64,000 bases of DNA, from assembly GCA_950097015.1 (NCBI GenBank), contig CATNEN010000024.1, positions 4,092,001 through 4,156,000 of the forward strand, written 5' to 3'. Positions within the stretch are counted from its first letter, which is position 1; each line of letters begins with the position of its first letter. The position numbers were made by a program, and so were the translations under genes. Positions 11,897 to 23,204 of the stretch are shown in pieces. The notes beneath the pieces were generated by a model. It was not told where the DNA came from, searched no databases, and saw nothing but the letters and a program-made list of their open reading frames with translations. Source of the stretch: Macrostomum hystrix (Eukaryota; Animalia; Platyhelminthes).

Positions 11897-13172
11897 TCCA
11901 TCTGTTCAGTCTTTGGACAGTGTCTTATCTCTCTCAAGGACACTATTGTTTTCCATCTGTTCAGTCTTTGGACAGTGTCTTATCTCTCTCAAGGACACTA
12001 TTGTTTTCCATCTGTTCAGTCTTTGGACAGTGTCTTATCTCCCTCAAGGACACTGTTGTTTTCCATCTGTTCAGTCTTTGGACAGTGTCTTATCTCCCTC
12101 AAGGACACTGTTGTTTTCCATCTGTTCAGTCTTTGGACAGTGTCTTATCTCTCTCAAGGACACTATTGTTTTCCATCTGTTCAGTCTTTGGACAGTGTCT
12201 TATCTCTCTCAAGGACACTATTGTTTTCCATCTGTTCAGTCTTTGGACAGTGTCTTATCTCTCTCAAGGACACTATTGTTTTCCATCTGTTCAGTCTTTG
12301 GACAGTGTCTTATCTCCCTCAAGGACACTGTTGTTTTCCATCTGTTCAGTCTTTGGACAGTGTCTTATCTCCCTCAAGGACACTGTTGTTTTCCATCTGT
12401 TCAGTCTTTGGACAGTGTCTTATCTCTCTCAAGGACACTATTGTTTTCCATCTGTTCAGTCTTTGGACAGTGTCTTATCTCTCTCAAGGACACTATTGTT
12501 TTCCATCTGTTCAGTCTTTGGACAGTGTCTTATCTCTCTCAAGGACACTATTGTTTTCCATCTGTTCAGTCTTTGGACAGTGTCTTATCTCCCTCAAGGA
12601 CACTGTTGTTTTCCATCTGTTCAGTCTTTGGACAGTGTCTTATCTCCCTCAAGGACACTGTTGTTTTCCATCTGTTCAGTCTTTGGACAGTGTCTTATCT
12701 CCCTCAAGGACACTGTTGTTTTCCATCTGTTCAGTCTTTGGACAGTGTCTTATCTCCCTCAAGGACACTGTTGTTTTCCATCTGTTCAGTCTTTGGACAG
12801 TGTCTTATCTCCCTCAAGGACACTGTTGTTTTCCATCTGTTCAGTCTTTGGACAGTGTCTTATCTCCCTCAAGGACACTGTTGTTTTCCATCTGTTCAGT
12901 CTTTGGACAGTGTCTTATCTCCCTCAAGGACACTGTTGTTTTCCATCTGTTCAGTCTTTGGACAGTGTCTTATCTCCCTCAAGGACACTGTTGTTTTCCA
13001 TCTGTTCAGTCTTTGGACAGTGTCTTATCTCCCTCAAGGACACTGTTGTTTTCCATCTGTTCAGTCTTTGGACAGTGTCTTATCTCCCTCAAGGACACTG
13101 TTGTTTTCCATCTGTTCAGTCTTTGGACAGTGTCTTATCTCTCTCAAGGACACTATTGTTTTCCATCTGTTG
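11897..13172. repeat. Minisatellite, 55-bp unit, ~23 copies
   Basis: Unit CCATCTGTTCAGTCTTTGGACAGTGTCTTATCTCYCTCAAGGACACTRTTGTTTT, with two linked variant positions. Confidence 0.97.
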
Positions 13173-13479
13173 AAATTCGAACCCAGACGTCTCGGTCAAA
13201 AGTAAAATCATTTTTTTCTCTATCATAGAAAATTGCTGCAATTAAAAGGGACAGTTTCCTTGAGCAAATATTTGATTGAGCAAATATGGCTAGCGTGGGA
13301 TAATTGTTTATATGAAAGGCGCATATTAGAAAGTGCATAGAAAGCCATCTAATTGCAATGAGCAGCTACCGTTTTGGTAATCATCGCCGATTTGAGGATG
13401 TATTAATTACCTATCTTCACGTATTCCATGATTCCATGATCACGTATACATGATATTCGTACATGTATAACAGTTTCCC

Positions 13480-13712
13480 GCACAGGTATACCTGTTTCCC
13501 ACACAGGTATGCATGCTATTTGCACAGGTATACCTGTTTCCCACACAGGTATGCATGCTATTTGCACAGGTATACCTGTTTCCCACACAGGTATGCATGC
13601 TATTTGCACAGGTATACCTGTTTCCCACACAGGTATGCATGCTATTTGCACAGGTATACCTGTTTCCCGCGCAGATATGCATGCTATTTGCACAGGTATA
13701 CCTGTTTCCCGC
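13480..13712. repeat. Minisatellite, 42-bp unit containing the palindrome ACAGGTATACCTGT, ~5.5 copies
   Basis: Periodicity read directly (13522, 13564, ...). Confidence 0.93.
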
Positions 13713-13812
13713 ACTGCTATACTTGTTTCCATTTTGCAGGACCAAGGACCAATTGTCAGTGAATTATCACAGTTTATTTTGTATTTACGCAATCTAATTT
13801 GACTTCACATCC

Positions 13813-13876
13813 ATTGGGTTTTATTGGCTAGTCAATAGCTAACTCCCTATTGGTTAGAAATCTACCTTTATAAATA
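13813..13876 (+). promoter_or_regulatory. Candidate core promoter of the S9 peptidase gene: three inverted CCAAT boxes plus a TATA box
   Basis: ATTGG at 13813, 13823 and 13849; TATAAATA at 13869-13876; ATG ~95 nt downstream. Confidence 0.5.
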
Positions 13877-13969
13877 AGCAAACGCTTCATTGCGTAAGAA
13901 TTCGAAGCCGATAGCGGAAGAAATTTCAGAACCATATTAAAATTAGCAATGTATTTTCAGCGCGTTGAC

Positions 13970-16900
13970 ATGGCCGCACTGGAAGCCGAGTATGGCACCT
14001 GGAAGTCGCCAATAACGGCCGACTCTGTCTCAGCCGCCGGCATTAACCTATTCGACCTGACTGTCGACTCGAATCCCGAGCACGCGGCCGGCAGCGGCGC
14101 CGTCTACTGGATTGAAGGCCGGCCGTCCGAGGGCGGCAGATACGTTGTCTGCTCCTGCGCAGCCGATTCCCTAGAGCCAGCTGCCTGGACTCCGGCCGGC
14201 CTTAGCGCGCGCACGCGGGTGCACGAGTACGGTGGCGGCGCTCTGCTAGTGCACAGCGGCATTGTGTACTTTAGCAACATGTCCGACCAGAGACTCTATC
14301 GGCAGGATCGGCCCGACGCTGCCCCTCAAGCTATTACACCCGAGGGTGAATATTTCTACGCCGACGGTTGCTATAGCAACGCCGATGGCGGACTAGGCCG
14401 AATGTACTACGTGCGCGAGGATCACGAATCTGTACGCAAAGGTGCGCGCAAGGAGGCTGAGAATTGCCTGGTTCTAGTCTGCCCCGCCGGCAGCCGGCCG
14501 CCTCAGGTTTTGACAGCCGGGCGCGATTTCTACTCTTCGCCTCGGGTGTCGCCCAGTGGGGATAAGATCGCCTGGATCCAATGGGATCATCCCAACATGC
14601 CTTGGGACTCTACTCAACTGTGCTGGGCTATGCTGGACCAGGCCACGGGACTCATTGCGTCAGATTCTACTCGCCTAGTCCAGGTGCCCGATGCCGGACC
14701 GGAGCTCAATCTGCAATACCCGGCCTGGGCTTCGGCTAGCCGGCTGTTGTACATCGGCGACCAGTCCGGCTATTGGAATCTGTACTCTGTGGACACCGGC
14801 AGCGGCAAGGAGGACAATAAAGGTCACGCCAGCCTGTACCCGGCCAAGCAGGATCTGGCTAGTCCGGCCTGGATGTTCGGCCAGCATCCGTACTGCTTGG
14901 AGCGTGGCAGCGGTGGCGACTTCAAGGTCCTGCTGGTGTCTGGTGACTCGGTGCTCCGCCTGGATCCGGATGGTCGCACTGCCGAACCGCTTGGTCGATT
15001 TAAGGTCAGTCTTTGTTAACTTCGCTCAGATCCCATGTCTGTCTTTTACCTCAGACCTCATGTCTGTCTTTTCCTCAGATCCCATGTCTGTCATTTCCCT
15101 CAGATCCCATGTTTGTCTTTTCCCTCAGATCTCATGTCTGTCATTTCCCTCAGATCCCATGTCTGTCATTTCCCTCAGATCCCATGTTTGTCTTTTCCCT
15201 CAGATCTCATGTCTGTCATTTCCCCCAGATCCCATGTCTGTCATTTCCCTCAGATCTCATGTCTGTTTTTTCCCTCAGATCTCATGTCTGTCTTTTCCTC
15301 AGATCCCATGTCTGTCATTTCCCTCAGATCCCATGTTTGTCTTTTCCCTCAGATCTCATGTCTGTCATTTCCCCCAGATCCCATGTCTGTCATTTCCCTC
15401 AGATCTCATGTCTGTTTTTTCCCTCAGATCTCATGTCTGTCATTTCCCCCAGATCCCATGTCTGTCATTTCCCTCAGATCCCATGTCTGTTTTTTCCCTC
15501 AGATCTCATGTCTGTCTTTTCCCTCAGATCTCATGTCTGTCATTTCCCTCAGATCCAATGTCTGTCATTTCCCTCAGATCCCATGTCTGTCTTTTACCTC
15601 AGACCTCATGTCTGTCTTTTCCCTCAGATCTCATGTCTGTCATTTCCCCCCAGATCATTGTTTTTTCACTTCTCCCAAAATGGTCACTTTTCCTGAAACC
15701 CAAATTAATTTACTTATCCCAATCCCCATCAAGGTTTTAAAAAGGTAAATAGCATTATGGCGTGATTTTCACTTACCTCCCAGGTGGCCAACTACAGCAG
15801 CATCAAATATCCCAGATGGGCTGGCGGGCAATTCTACGCTGTAGCCGCCTCGGCTGTGTCGCCCCCGGCTGTCATTCGCTGCCGTTTGGAGACCGGCTCA
15901 GTCGATGTGCTCCGCCTGTCCAATGCGCTCCGCTTTGAAGAGGGTCAGTCTGGGAAGCTTTCGCATAGGAAATCCTATTATTCTTATCTCGGATCCTAGG
16001 GATTCGATCCTAACTAGGAAATCCGCTTTAGGGGTAAGATCCCAACTTTAAAGATCAACTTAAGGGTTTAAATCCAGCTACTCTAATATCTACTTGAGGG
16101 ATTAGATCCCTACTCCAAAATCTACTTGAGGGATTAGATCCCAACTCCAAGATCAACTTGCGGGATTAGAACCCAACTCCAAGATCAACTTGAGGGATTA
16201 GAACCCAACTCCAAGATCTACTTGCGGGATTAGAACCCAACTCCAAGATCAACTTGCGGGATTAGAACCCAACTCCAAGATCAACTTGAGGGATTAGATC
16301 CCAACTCCAAGATCTACTTGCGGGATTAGATCCCAACTCCAAGATCTACTTGCTGGATTAGATCCCAACTCCAAGATCAACTTGCTGGATTAGATCCCAA
16401 CTCCAAGATCAACTTGAGGGATTAGATCCCAACTCCAAGATCAACTTGCGGGATTAGAACCCAACTCCAAGATCTACTTGCGGGACTAGATCCCTACTCC
16501 AAAATCTACTTGAGGGATTAGATCCCAACTCCAAGATCAACTTGCGGGATTAGAACCCAACTCCAAGATCAACTTGAGGGATTAGAACCCAACTCCAAGA
16601 TCTACTTGCGGGATTAGATCCCAACTCCAAGATCTACTTGCGGGATTAGAACCCAACTCCAAGATCTACTTGCGGGATTAGATCCCAACTCCAAGATCAA
16701 CTTGAGGGATTAGATCCCAACTCCAAGATCAACTTGAGGGATTAGATCCCAACTCCAAGATCAACTTGAGGGATTAGATCCCAACTCCAAGATCAACTTG
16801 AGGGATTAGATCCCAACTCCAAGATCTACTTGCGGGATTAGATCCCAACTCCAAGATCTACTTGAGGGATTAGATCCCAACTCCAAGATCAACTTGAGGG

Positions 16901-19900
16901 ATTAGATCCCAACTCCAAGATCTACTTGAGGGATTAAATCCCAACTCCAAGGTAAAAATCCCAACTTATAAAATCAAATTCAATCGAAAGATTAAATCCC
17001 AACTTGAAAATCTGCTTAATTGTTGGATCCCACCGTGAGTATTTTGTTAAAGAAATTTCCAGATAAAAATCCTTATTAATCTATTCCTTGAGGGATGGTA
17101 TCGCCATTGAATATTGATAAGCAATGATTTTACTGAACTTCTTATCGCGCACAATCCTCTCATCCCACCGCCCAGGCTACATCTCCGTGGCCCAGCCAAT
17201 CGAATTTCCCACCGCCGGCGGGGCCACCGCTCACGCCTACTATTATCCGCCTAGGAATCGTGACTTCACAGCACCGTCGGGCTCCAGGCCGCCTCTGCTG
17301 GTTCGAGCCCACGGCGGACCGACTGCGGCTGCTTCGCCCTCGCTCAACCTGAAGATTCAGTACTGGACTAGCCGCGGCTACGCCCTCGCCGATGTTGATT
17401 ATCGGGGCAGCACCGGCTACGGCACGGTTTATCGCAATCTGCTGCGCTGCAACTGGGGCATCGCCGATGTTGACGACTGCTGCGCTGTTGTTCGCTACCT
17501 GGCCGACAAGGTATGGCTGGCGTTTGAAGCTTCTGCACATTGGGATTACTGAGGCTCTTATCCCTTAACGGAATTTCTTATTTGGAGCCCGCTTTTTATA
17601 TCTTACTTGTGGTTTTTATTTCTAGCTGTGGATCTCAGCACATTGGGATATTTTCTTGCGATCCTATTTAGGGATATTTATCCCTAGCTGATCTTTATCT
17701 TTGGGGGCTGAGTAGTAGAGTGGCTAACGCGTTTGCCTCTCGCACCAAGGTCCTGAGCTCGATTCCGCGGCGAGGCCACATTAAATTAAGGCGCAGCCTC
17801 GGAGACAAGGCTTTTGGAGCTTATCGTGCAATTTACGCCCCTTGAGGGCTAACTTCCAAAGTACAGTGACAGTGTACACTGCCTGACGATGAGAAAGTCA
17901 GGGCAGATGTACACTCCTGTGTGAGTCTCTGCTCAGGAGTCAGCGAAATGGGCAGAATTGCCTCCTCGCTGGCTGCGGGTCTAGTGTCAACAAATTATGT
18001 GTTAAAGACACACCATTTGTCTCTATTGGGATCAGTAGGCTGAGGATTATTGGGATCAGTAGGCTGAGGATTATTGGGATCAGTAGGCTAAGGATTATTG
18101 GGATCAGTAAGCTAAGGATTATTGGGATCAGTAAGCTAAGGATTATTGGGATCAGTAGGCTGATGATTATTGGGATCAGTAAGCTAAGGATTATTGGGAT
18201 CAGTAGGCTAAGGATTATTGGGATCAGTAGGCTGATGATTATTGGGATCAGTAGGCTAAGGATTATTGGGATCAGTAAGCTAAGGATTATTGGGATCAGT
18301 AAGCTAAGGATTATTGGGATCAGTAGGCTGATGATTATTGGGATCAGTAGGCTAAGGATTATTGGGATCAGTAAGCTAAGGATTATTGGGATCAGTAAGC
18401 TAAGGATTATTGGGATCAGTAGGCTAAGGATTATTGGGGTCAGTAGGCTGAGGATTATTGGGATGAGTAGCCTGAGGCTTATTGGGATCAGTAGCCTGAG
18501 GCTTATTGGGGTCAGTAGGCTGAGGATTATTGGGATGAGTAGCCTGAGGCTTATTGGGATCAGTAGCCTGAGGCTTATTGGGATCAGTAGGCTGAGGATT
18601 ATTGGGATCAGTAGGCTAAGGATTTTTAGGATCAGTAGGCTGAGGATTATTGAGATCGGTACGCTGATGATTATTGGGATTCCCACGCTCACCAGGGCCT
18701 GGCCGATCCTAACCGCGCTTGCATCGACGGCGGCAGCGCCGGCGGCTACACAACCCTGGCCTGCCTGGCTTTTCGGGACACCTTCAAAGCCGGCGCCAGC
18801 CACTACGGCGTGGCCGACCTTCAGCTGCTGAGAGCCGACACGCACAAGTTCGAGTCGCGCTACCTGGACGGCCTGCTCGGCAGCAGCCAGGCTGAGGTCG
18901 ACCGGGCCTGCGTTGAGCGATCGCCGATTCACTACGTTGACCGCATCTCCTGCCCGCTGATTCTGTTCCAGGTGAGACCACGCAAACAGCTGCTTCGAAC
19001 TCGGGACCCTTGGAGGCGATATAACTCACTGCTGGACTCAGAAGTATTAGTAATAGAGGATAAGAGATTTAGTGTAGGGAATGACAAAAAATATCGGCCG
19101 GTGTTGTACTCGTATTCACAGAACTTTCGTAAGTACTGTGAGGATTAGAATTAACAGTGAGGATAATCTGGATCATTGGCCAGAAAATTATCGGGCTCTT
19201 TAGTCTGACGGTTATTGGGATAATAAATCTGGGTATTATAGGCATCATAGGTTTAAAGACAATTGGGATCATTGGTATTAGGATTTCTGACATCAGTAGG
19301 CTGAGGATTATTGGAATCAGTAGGCTGAGGATTATTAGGATCAGTTGGCTGGGGATTATTGGGATCGATCATTTCATGGATTTTTGGATTAATTAGTCCT
19401 AATTTGGTTATTCATAGGAAGTATTTGGTTATTCATAGGAAGTATTTGGTTATTCATAGGAAGTATTTGATTATTCATAGGAAGTATTTGGTTATTCATA
19501 GGAAGTATTTGGTTATTCATAGGAAGTATTTGGTTATTCATAGGAAGTATTTGGTTATTCATAGGAAGTATTTGATTATTCATAGGAAGTATTTGATTAT
19601 TCATAGGAAGTATTTGATTATTCATAGGAAGTATTTGATTATTCATAGGAAGTATTTGATTATTCATAGGAAGTATTTGATTATTCATAGGAAGTATTTG
19701 GTTATTCATAGGAAGTATTTGATTATTCATAGGAAGTATTTGGTTGTTCATAGGAAGTATTTGATTATTCATAGGAAGTATTTGGTTATTCATAGGAAGT
19801 ATTTGATTATTCATAGGAAGTATTTGGTTATTCATAGGAAGTATTTGGTTATTCATAGGAAGTATTTGATTATTCATAGGAAGTATTTGATTTTTCATAG

Positions 19901-20736
19901 GAAGTATTTGGTTATTCATAGGAAGTATTTGGTTATTCATAGGAAGTATTTGGTTATTCATAGGAAGTATTTGATTATTCATAGGAAGTATTTGGTTATT
20001 CATAGGAAGTATTTGGTTATTCATAGGAAGTATTTGGTTATTCATAGGAAGTATTTGGTTATTCATAGGAAGTATTTGGTTATTCATAGGAAGTATTTGG
20101 TTATTCATAGGAAGTATTTGATTATTCATAGGAAGTATTTGGTTATTCATAGGAAGTATTTGATTATTCATAGGAAGTATTTGGTTATTCATAGGAAGTA
20201 TTTGGTTATTCATAGGAAGTATTTGGTTATTCATAGGAAGTATTTGGTTATTCATAGGAAGTATTTGGGTATTCATAGGAAGTATTTGGTTATTCGGAGC
20301 ATTTGCAAACGGAGCGAATTGCCTTCTTTTATTTAATTTGAACAATTACCAGATTTTAGCATTTTAGTCAAACATTGTAAAGTGACAGTTACATGTATCG
20401 GAAATTTTTGGGCGTCCCACAGTCCATGGACTGGACGGCTGTACGCAGCCTTTTAGATGCGCTGCTTAATATCAGCATCACTTCATTTACTGAATAATCT
20501 AGGGCGACGAGGATCGCATAGTGCCGCCTAACCAGGCCGAGCTAATGTTTACCCGCGTCCGCGACAAAGGCCTGCCCTGCGCCTACCTGCTCTTCCCTGG
20601 CGAGCAGCACGGATTCCGTAAGGCCGAGAACATCAACAAATCACTGGACGGACAGTTCTACTTCTTTGCTAAACTGTTCGGCTTCCAGCCTGCTGACGCT
20701 GGCATCGAGGTGGACATTGCCAACCTGCCCAAGTAG
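13970..20736 (+). CDS. S9 (prolyl oligopeptidase family) serine peptidase, acylaminoacyl/dipeptidyl-peptidase-like, 5 exons, 679 aa
   Basis: Exons 13970-15004, 15784-15943, 17176-17510, 18696-18971, 20503-20736 (2040 nt, in frame). YGTWKSPI N-terminus, [14 protein letters not shown], nucleophile GGSAGG, acid GDEDRIV, base GEQHGF. Confidence 0.93.
15022..15655. repeat. Minisatellite, ~25-bp unit TCAGATCCCATGTCTGTCATTTCCC, ~26 copies, in S9 intron 1
   Basis: Periodicity read directly; starts 17 nt after the donor at 15005. Confidence 0.95.
16073..16950. repeat. Minisatellite, 32-bp unit CCCAACTCCAAGATCWACTTGMGGGATTAGAW, ~27 copies, in S9 intron 2
   Basis: Periodicity read directly. Confidence 0.96.
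17703..17990 (+). mobile_element. SINE family A copy, internally deleted and 3'-truncated, in S9 intron 3
   Basis: tRNA-like head (GCTCGATTCCGCGGCGAGGCC) and body match 27494-27857. Confidence 0.88.
18022..18682. repeat. Minisatellite, 24-bp unit ATTATTGGGATCAGTAGGCTAAGG, ~27 copies, in S9 intron 3
   Basis: Periodicity read directly; runs to ~13 nt before the acceptor at 18695. Confidence 0.96.
19140..19375. repeat. Degenerate copies of the same 24-bp unit, in S9 intron 4
   Basis: For example CATCAGTAGGCTGAGGATTATTGGAATCAGTAGGCTGAGG at ~19290-19330. Confidence 0.75.
19404..20294. repeat. Minisatellite, 21-bp unit TATTCATAGGAAGTATTTGRT, ~42 copies, in S9 intron 4
   Basis: Periodicity read directly. 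Confidence 0.97.
20411..20465 (+). mobile_element. Fragment of the SINE family B 3' region
   Basis: GGCGTCCCACAGTCCATGGACTGGACGGCTGTACGCAGCCTTTTAGATGCGCTGC matches ~2472-2526. Confidence 0.75.
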
Positions 20737-20844
20737 CTGCTAGACACCTGGGCTGCTCACATTTTGGATCGCCGCGAATAGAACTTTTCGTAGAAACTCT
20801 TGATTAATTGACATTCGCTTTTGATTAGAAACTTTTGTCGCGAT

Positions 20845-22160
20845 TTCTTAAAGAAATGGATTTTCCCAAAGAAATGGGATTTCTCAAAGAAAATGAGATT
20901 TCTCAAATAAAGTAACTAGATTTCTCAAAGAAATTAGAGTTCCCAAAGAAATTAGATTTCTCAAAGAAATTAGAGTTCCTAAAGAAATTAGAGTTCCCAA
21001 AGAAATTAGATTTCTCAAAGAAATTAGAGTTCCTAAAGAAATTAGAGTTCCTAAAGAAATTAGATTTCCTAAAGAAATTAGATTTCCTAAAGAAATTAGA
21101 TTTCCTAAAGAAATTAGATTTCCTAAAAAAATTAGATTTCCTAAAGAAATTAGATTTCCTAAAGAAATTAGAGTTCCTAAAGAAATTAGAGTTCCCAAAG
21201 AAATTAGATTTCTCAAAGAAATTAGATTTCCTAAAGAAATTAGATTTCCTAAAGAAATTAGATTTCCTAAAGAAATTAGATTTCCTAAAGAAATTAGATT
21301 TCTTAAAGAAATTAGATTTCTCAAAGAAATTAGATTTCCTAAAGAAATTAGATTTCCTAAAGAAATTAGATTTCTCAAAGAAATTAGATTTCCTAAAGAA
21401 ATTAGATTTCCTAAAGAAATTAGAGTTCCTAAAGAAATTAGAGTTCCTAAAGAAATTAGAGTTCCCAAAGAAATTAGATTTCTCAAAGAAATTAGATTTC
21501 CTAAAGAAATTAGATTTCCTAAAGAAATTAGATTTCCTAAAGAAATTAGATTTCCTAAAGAAATTAGATTTCTCAAAGAAATTAGATTTCCTAAAGAAAT
21601 TAGATTTCCTAAAGAAATTAGAGTTCCTAAAGAAATTAGAGTTCCTAAAGAAATTAGAGTTCCCAAAGAAATTAGATTTCTCAAAGAAATTAGATTTCCT
21701 AAAGAAATTAGATTTCCTAAAGAAATTAGATTTCCTAAAGAAATTAGAGTTCCTAAAGAAATTAGAGTTCCCAAAGAAATTAGATTTCTCAAAGAAATTA
21801 GATTTCCTAAAGAAATTAGATTTCCTAAAGAAATTAGATTTCCTAAAGAAATTAGATTTCCTAAAGAAATTAGATTTCCTAAAGAAATTAGATTTCCCAA
21901 AGAAATTAGATTTCTCAAAGAAATTAGATTTCCTAAAGAAATTAGATTTCCTAAAGAAATTAGATTTCCTAAAGAAATTAGATTTCCTAAAGAAATTAGA
22001 TTTCCTAAAGAAATTAGATTTCCCAAAGAAATTAGATTTCGCAAAGAAATTAGATTTCCTAAAGAAATTAGATTTCCTAAAGAAATTAGATTTCCTAAAG
22101 AAATTAGATTTCCTAAAGAAATTAGATTTCCTAAAGAAATTAGATTTCTCAAAGAAATGG
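20845..22160. repeat. Minisatellite, 18-bp unit AAAGAAATTAGATTTCCT, ~72 copies
   Basis: Periodicity read directly; intergenic between the S9 and TRIM genes. Confidence 0.97.
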
Positions 22161-22719
22161 GTTAACTTTTTGTTTACAATTAAAGATCTACGATTTAAAA
22201 CTAAAGTTTTGTCGTTTCTATTTCTTTGCACAATAAAAATACATGCCTTTTATGAAGTTACGTCATATTATCACTATATTGTTGTGTTGAAGAAGTTAAC
22301 AGGAAAAAATGTAATTAAAAGTAAAAAAGTTAATATAAAAATTTTTTCTCTCAAATTGACAGTATTTTTAGTCCTATCTGTTTTTGTTATTTCCGTCACG
22401 TCTGGTTAAACATTCTAACATTTATAATTTCATTATTATCATTTAACATTTTAGTGTCTGTGCCACTAATATTTTTGTGCCCTAATAGAAGAGCCGGTGA
22501 TTTATTGAAATAATTTTCAACTTTATTCGCATCGGACCATGAACTAAATTCTAATAGAAATTACTGTTTATTCCGGTTTATTTAAATATAATAATTTCGT
22601 TTCAGAAAAAAAGTTATTAAATACTGATTATATTGGCTTATATCCTAAACAGGAGAATTTGAATTATATAATTGGCTCATTAGTTTGATGGTTACTGAGA
22701 TCATCCTTATTCTAAGGAT

Positions 22720-23095
22720 TAGTAGGACCATTATTATCCCGTTATTGGGATAATTAGTCTTGGGATTATCGGAATCATTAGTCTGGGTATAATTAGGATT
22801 ATCAGTCTGGACTATTGGGGTCATTAATCTGGATCGGGATCATTAGTCTAAAAATTATTGGGATCAATAATCTGGAGATTAACCGGATCATTAATCTGAG
22901 GATTATCGGGATCATTAGTCGGATAATTATTGGGATCATTAATCTGATAATTATTGGGATCATTAATCTGATAATTATTGGGATCATTAGTCTGGAGATT
23001 TTCGGGATCATTAGTCTAAGGATTATCGGAATCATTAATTTGAGAATTATTGGGATTATTAATCTGGAGATTTATTGGGATCATTAGTCAGAGAA
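22720..23095. repeat. Degenerate 24-bp minisatellite (ATTATTGGGATCATTAATCTGAGG), related to the 18022-18682 array
   Basis: Shared ATTATTGGGATCA...CTRAGG frame and the same period. Confidence 0.8.
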
Positions 23096-23204
23096 TTGTT
23101 GGTATCGTCTTAGATTTCAAGTCGATAAGAGTCACAATCTCATGAATTCTATTAACTACTCGCTTGCCTTACTTTTCCAGCTATCTGTCGCCAATTTGTC
23201 AGTC

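Noticed and set aside
10054-22231. Repetitive ORFs at 10054-10785, 11687-13228, 14691-15748, 17940-18932, 19359-20345 and 20884-22231
   Set aside because: All derive from tandem arrays in introns or spacers of well-supported genes; often open on both strands or in several frames.
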